Assembly (NCBI GenBank): GCA_977018835.1
Contig: OZ361260.1
Location: 186,001 to 250,000 of the forward strand
Origin: Minutocellus sp. GHC0000111
Taxonomy: Eukaryota
Direction of reading: 5' to 3'
Length of the DNA: 64,000 bases
Shown: positions 58,401 to 64,000 of the stretch, piece after piece
Layout of the letters: every line of letters begins with the position of its first letter
How positions within the stretch are numbered: position 1 is the first letter of the stretch
The notes under the pieces: model-generated
Told to the model about the DNA's origin: nothing
Databases searched by the model: none
The model's input: only the letters and a program-made list of their open reading frames with translations
Position numbers and translations under genes: made by a program

Positions 58401-59869
58401 GGGAGGTCTGATTCTCCCTGTTCTTGAGGCGATGGGCCTCGTCACATACCAGCAGGTCGCAGCAATCCTTGTGTTTGTTGAGCCGGCCAATGTGCGTCCT
58501 CATGGTCTCGTAACTGGCGATGAGGACGTTGAACATCTTGGTCTTGACGAACACGTCCAGATTCTTCTCCACGGTCTTGCGGTCCGATTCGGCCAACGCA
58601 ATTGTCTTGACGGTGCCCGGTCCGAGCCACTTGACGAACTCATTGTCCCAGTTCTTGACGAGGGAGCACGGGCAGACGACGATGACGCGCTTGGCGGTCG
58701 GGGCTGGACGGGCGGCGATGCCGGTCTTGAGGAGGGTCCAGATGAGGGTGACAGATTGGAGAGTCTTGCCGAGTCCCATGTCTGTTGGGTATTTGTATGG
58801 GATAGAAATCATGAGAGATATTTATTTGCGGCGGAAATGAGAGAGTGGGATGGGTATCTACTAGTAATTCCGAGCATGACCACAAACTCAAGTGAAAGAT
58901 GTGGAGATGGCATGACAACAACATACACGATACGCAGGCAATACTAGAATACGGTCTTCACTTACCATCGGCCAGGATACAGCCATTGCCGTCAAAGTCG
59001 CGCATCCCCATGACGCACTCGTACATGAACTTAACTCCCTCCCTCTGATGCGGCCGGAGCCACTTGGCCAGGACCTTGGGAACGTACTGGTCCTCCTTGG
59101 TGTAGGCCTCGGCCGGCGGGCCGGTCTTGATGGTGACCTCCTCCTCGACGCCGTACTCATCGGGCCGGGTGACCGTCCGCAGCACCTTGGGCAGGCCCTT
59201 GGCCTCCCCGCCGTTGTGGGGGGACTGCCACACCATGAGGGGCTTGTAGTTGCGCTCGAGCTGGGCCATGAGGCTGTCCTCCTCCTCCTCGTCGACGGAT
59301 GCGTCGGACCCGTCGTCCCCGTCGCCGGCCTTGGCCCGTCCGGGAGTTTTGTAGTTGAGACCCTTCCCGGCCCGGGCCAGCAATTTGGACATGCCGTCCA
59401 TCCTCCGCTTCTGTCCGAGCGTGGCACGCTTGAGGGCCGCCTCGGAATTCTTGTCGTACGCCCTCCGTCCCAGCTGGGGCCGTTGGAAGGGTTTGCGCAC
59501 GCCAGCCCCCCCACTAAGGCCCGTCATCATTGGAGCCCGCTGGATCTTGAGCTTTACGCCCGGCTGGAACAGCTTGTTGGTCGCGTGCGGTCCGCGAGAG
59601 GCCAGACCTCCGCCGCCTCCTCCGCCAAAACAGGTCTTGGACGGGGCACAGTCCGAGATGGTGGTGATACCACTTCCGGCGGCGGCGGCGGCTGCCGCAC
59701 CGGCCGGTGAGGACTTGAGCATCGCCGGGTTGGCCAGGCCCGACCCTCTCTTGCCCACCGTCTTGATGACGCGGCGGGGACCCCCGCCCGCTCCGAGGCC
59801 TCCGCCGCCGATCCGACGGCCGTCGGGACCGAAGCTGGACGACGTCTTCTTCTTGCCGCCCGCCAGCAT
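55439..59869 (-). pseudogene. RAD54: Rad54 SNF2-family translocase with bromodomain and RanBP2 zinc finger; in-frame stop
   Basis: Exons 59869-58966, 58781-58305, 58186-56003 and 55866-55439. Motifs [66 protein letters not shown] at 57819-57821; the last acceptor appears to read AA. Confidence 0.88.
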
Positions 59870-60271
59870 GGTGGTGTTGGTGTGGGTGCAACTTGCTGGT
59901 ATTTGAATGGGATACGACGAACAAAAGTGTTGACGATATCGATACTTGCTGTTTTTACAATGAGTTGAGTGAGGCAGCTGCAACAACGAGTATTCAGATG
60001 CCCCCTGCTCTCGATATTGCCTCCCTTCGTGCTTGGTGTTTCCTGCAGGAATCAGGAAGGAGCGGCGATAGCGATACTGACTGCCGATACCAACAACCAC
60101 CAGCATGCAGGAATGCCGAACGGCCGAGAAATGATTGAGGAGCTGGCCCTGGGAAAGCACCCGGTGAAAGGTCGGCCGGCTTGCAAATTCGTTTTGTGGG
60201 CGCGAAAGCAAGCAGAAAAATTGCGCCAGCCACCGCACACCACGCCACTCATTCCTGGCCAGTCGTTGACC

Positions 60272-61784
60272 ATGCTCGGTAGCAGCAGACGCATCGTGTC
60301 GCACGCCGCACGCCACGGTCGTCTCTATTGGACGTCATCTTCGTCGCCACCTTCATCGTGCTGTGCCTGTGTCGGTGGTGGTGGTGCTGCTGCTGACGGC
60401 GGCGGCAGTCTCAGGTGGCAGGCAGCAGAGTATGCCGCTTCTGCATCTACATGTACGAGTACTCTGCATTATGGGTATGCCAAGGCACATAACATGGTGA
60501 TAATGAGAGGAATGGGCGGTGGTCCCAGGCCAAAGAAGCCGGGGCACATGAAGGGCAGTCAGGGGAACAAAGGCAATCGGAATCGGAACCAAAAGAAGGC
60601 CAGACAGCAAGCATCCGGCAACAAGAATAAGAAGGTGAAACCAAAACTACCGCCACGACAACCAAGGGCAAAGTCGGAGGAGGCCCAGAAGGCCCCGCCG
60701 GCATATTTGTATCCCACGGCATCGAAATATGCATATATTGCCGGTTGTTCTTCCGAGGAGGCGGGCGTTGATCCCCGCACTCTTTTTGTGGACGCCAGAG
60801 ATGGTCGGACACCACCCTCCTTCCTTGCATCGCAATTCGAGTACGTCAGTCCCAAGGTCCTGGGACATGAAGTGCCCGACTTTCAAATCCCAGAGGTGGC
60901 CTTTCTTGGCAAATCCAACGTTGGCACATCCAGTCTGATCAATGCCCTCACCAAAAAGAAGGAACTCGCAAAAATTAGCAAGACGCCGGGTAGGACGCAG
61001 CAGGTCAATTATTTCGCTCTAGTTAAGAAGGACAAATGCAAGCATCAGGGGAAGGGAGTCTATGCCTTCCACCCCTCGGAATCTACGGGCTTTCTGATTG
61101 ATTTACCGGGATATGGCTATGCTGCTGTACCGGATGACAAGGTGTCGGACTGGCAGGCCAAGACGCAGGAATTCCTCCTGCAGAGGAGGGATTCCACCTA
61201 CCTTCGGAGGGTATTTCTGCTGATTGATGCTCGTCACGGCGTTGCCAACTTCGATCGGGCTGTCATGGGGTGGTTTGATGAGGCATCGATTCCCTATTCC
61301 ATTGTGTTTACGAAGGCCGACCGGGTGGGCCGGCCTCACCTTGTGCGAATAGTGAATGATGTCTGTATGAGGTATCATAGCCAGCTTTATGGTTCTGAAG
61401 GCAGTATGGAGGAGGGGGTACATGTACATCAGTCTCCCATCGTTCATGTTACGAGTTCGAGGTAAGTTCGGTCGAACAGCTGAGTCAATAGTCAAATATT
61501 ATTCGAGGAAGCCGCGCGCATGTGAAATTCATCTTACCTTGCTCTCTTTGTATTTGTTTCGGTAATAATTGTCATCCTTGCCGGTTATCCGTAGGGATGG
61601 TGAGGGAATTGAAACGTTGATGTGGGCAATCGATGGTGACTTCGTTGCCGACGATATTCAAGAAGGAGCCATAGGCGACATTGAGTACGAGGAATGGGAC
61701 CATGAGGATGATGAGGAAGGAGATCACATAAACTTATTGCATTACGAGAAACTCGAGTATGACTTTGAGGACAACAAAAAATGA
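60272..61784 (+). CDS. engB: EngB/YihA (YsxC) ribosome-biogenesis GTPase, organellar; P-loop Lys replaced
   Basis: PEVAFLGKSNVGTSSLIN, SKTPGRTQ, IDLPGYGYA, FTKAD; intron 61462-61594. Confidence 0.85.
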
Positions 61785-61938
61785 AGTTGAGTGGACTGAA
61801 GAAGGTACAAAACGATAATTGCTAATAGTGGTACCAGGTACTCTGCTCGACCGATGATTTGCAACGCACGCAAACAAAAGATAGTTTTAAATACATGTAT
61901 TTATTTGGATGCTACTCCATTTGACTGCTCCTACGTAG

Positions 61939-63368
61939 CTACCTTTCTGGCATTCGACTCATTCGGTATTCTTGCCGGTGAGCCACCTCTTCTTCTGTTT
62001 CCATGGGAAGTGGTCTCACTTTCCGATTCGATATGATCGGTACTGGAATCTCGGATGTGAGAGTTTCTATCTCAAGTTGGAATCTCAAGGGCAAAGGAGG
62101 AGCATCAGCTGCGCTGGAATAAGGGTTATCGGAACACAACCTCGGCAACAACGCCGAGTCGCTCTCTCGAAATCGTATGCAGTCAAGAGCTCTAGCGGCA
62201 GCTGCGTGTTCCGCATCTTTCTTCTTTCTGTACCATACGACGTCGACTGCTCCACCATCACCGTCCACATCTTCTGATGATATTTCGTAAGGGGGATTCT
62301 TTCCATTGTCAACCAAACGGCCACAGGTGAAGCGTTCGACCCCATTTCTAGGGTCGGTGAAGACAGATGAATGGGCCATGTGGTGATCATCACCATTGCT
62401 AAAGCTGTGGAAGTAAGCGCCGATTGATTCAAAGTCCAAGTAGCGCTCTTGAAAGTACTGCTGAAGCTGAGCTTTGGGGGGCGGTGCATGTCGGTCTTCT
62501 GCTACATTCGAAACCCCATCTTCATTCTCTGTCAGCATTGGACCAGTGCTGGCACGTGAAGAAACAGGCGCGCTCCTTGGTAGAGATGGTGCATCCGCTG
62601 GATTCAAATAGGGTTGATCGATGCACATGCCATATGCTTCTTCTCCGTCGGTGCTACGAAAGGAAATACAATCAAGGGCCCTCGCTGCAGCGGAATGTCG
62701 AGCGTTTGCCTTGGAAGAGTAGCACGGAAGCAACACAGTCTTCCCATCGATCGACGGCACTTCCACCATTTCGTATGGTGCCCCTTCCACCGACCACCGA
62801 GAAAGTGCTCGCCATCGAAGGGGTTGGTAAAGAGTCCGACAAATTTGTATTTCATGTCCTTTTTCTTGGACATGGTATCCTCGCACTCCCACACGGTGTA
62901 GTCCGTATCCTTTGCTATTTGGAGCAGCTTGGTATCTTAATCGCTGCCGAATACTTTGATCAAGCATGAGCACGGCTGTCCTGATATCTTGGCGTTGAAT
63001 GCGTACAGTCGGCTGCGATTCGGGCGAGGTGTAGAATCTGTCTCTTCGCCATCATCCACCCCCTTCATTTTGGCATCATCAACTAATATGTCTCGCGGTG
63101 TCCATTCCTTTCCTTCCGTCTCTTTTGCTTTCACAGTGGCCCACCCATCATCTCCTTCGGACTTGGTATTCCATACTCCACAATCAACATCCGACCGCTG
63201 TCCCCATGGTTTTGCCGCACCTGTCGAAGCGCCATCATGACCACGAGCATGGCCGGTGTTCCAAGAACTCGATGTACGAGTTGGCGTCTTCACCTGCCCC
63301 CGTTGACCCCATCCTCCGTCACCTCTCGGCAACGAGGGTGGGACCTGCTCCTCGCTACTGTGAGGCAT
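61939..63368 (-). pseudogene. Protein with two dsRNA-binding-domain-like repeats, disrupted
   Basis: KANARHSAAARALDC and KKKDAEHAAAARALDC helices. In-frame TAA at 62937-62939 and a frameshift at ~62790. Confidence 0.65.
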
Positions 63369-64000
63369 CGATGGAGTTTGATGGCTGCTCCTGGGGTCTT
63401 TCAGTAGCCCGAGGCAAGTATCTCGATCACGCGGTTTGGTGGGCATGGCGCGAGGCGCGAGGTGGCAGTGAGTTGCTTTGAAGAGAATGAAGGCAGCTTG
63501 CAGCCTATGGCAGCTTACGCAGTGGCAAAAGCTCATGATCCGGCATGTGCACTCTCGGCGCCATGGCGGCCTCGCGGCCTCGCCTCCCCGCCCACAGCTG
63601 CTGCACAGTCAGTCCAGCAGAGCAGCAGCAGCAGCCGCAGCTTTGTGAGGAGGTTGCACAGGTCAAGGCGGTCGAGACGGAAAGAGGACGTAAATTAGAG
63701 GTATTGGAAAATACCTGTATTACTAGTCTAGACTAGTCCAGTGAAGTAGATCTAAGTGTGCATTTCTTCAATTGTACCGGTACATGTGATGCTATGCCGT
63801 TGTCAAACCTCGGTAGAGTCTAATGGCAAGGTTTCTCGCGAGCATCAGCGATACATAAGATAAAAATTCAATGCTATCGCTATTCATGGCTACGAAGGTA
63901 CTAATAACTGTCTCTACCTTTAGATCTAGTTCTTATCATCAATGGGCAGTGCACCTGAGAGACATTGCTCATCTCAACCACAAGGAACAAAGAGAGTGCC

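Noticed and set aside
1..64000. Global reassignment of TAA to an amino acid
   Set aside because: TAA terminates eIF4A-III, BolA and the transposase at expected positions, and internal TAAs are rare.
1..64000. CRISPR array, rRNA, tRNA or prokaryotic operon
   Set aside because: No repeat-spacer array or structural RNA recognised; genes have spliceosomal introns.

Overview
Eukaryotic nuclear DNA, very likely a diatom or related ochrophyte. Evidence: short GT-AG introns, bipartite plastid presequences of the ASAF/AAAF type, a diatom-type HMG box and TAGC/TACATGTA-rich intergenic DNA. Left to right the window holds: the probable end of a mobile element with Tudor-like cargo (1-~2980); host genes (cytochrome b561-like, plastid membrane protein, SET-domain, PNPOx-like, PsbP-like); a complete but decayed DD39D Tc1/mariner element with TIRs and TA TSD (5430-8906); and a large Helitron-like region (~13.7-30.7 kb). 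In that region the spliced RepHel gene carries an N-terminal ubiquitin-like RLRGG domain and lies divergent to a broken ~1,740-codon gene with an IDGQHR (ParB/DndB-like) motif. Next come PP2C, BolA, eIF4A-III and others, then a 7.3-kb palindrome whose two ~2.4-kb inverted arms enclose an intact HMG-box gene, then homogentisate prenyltransferase, Rad54, EngB and a dsRBD protein. Four signals stand out. (1) Differences between the palindrome arms, and Tyr->Cys/His changes in transposon proteins, concentrate at TpA<->TpG/CpA, suggesting a RIP-like repeat-directed mutation process with probable T:A->C:G polarity. (2) The HMG cassette is potentially invertible, and its arms carry complementary frameshifts that one crossover would repair. 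(3) Many host genes carry loss-of-function lesions. (4) Three in-frame TAA stops share the context CGATTAAGA. All alignments and counts were done by eye and need computational confirmation.
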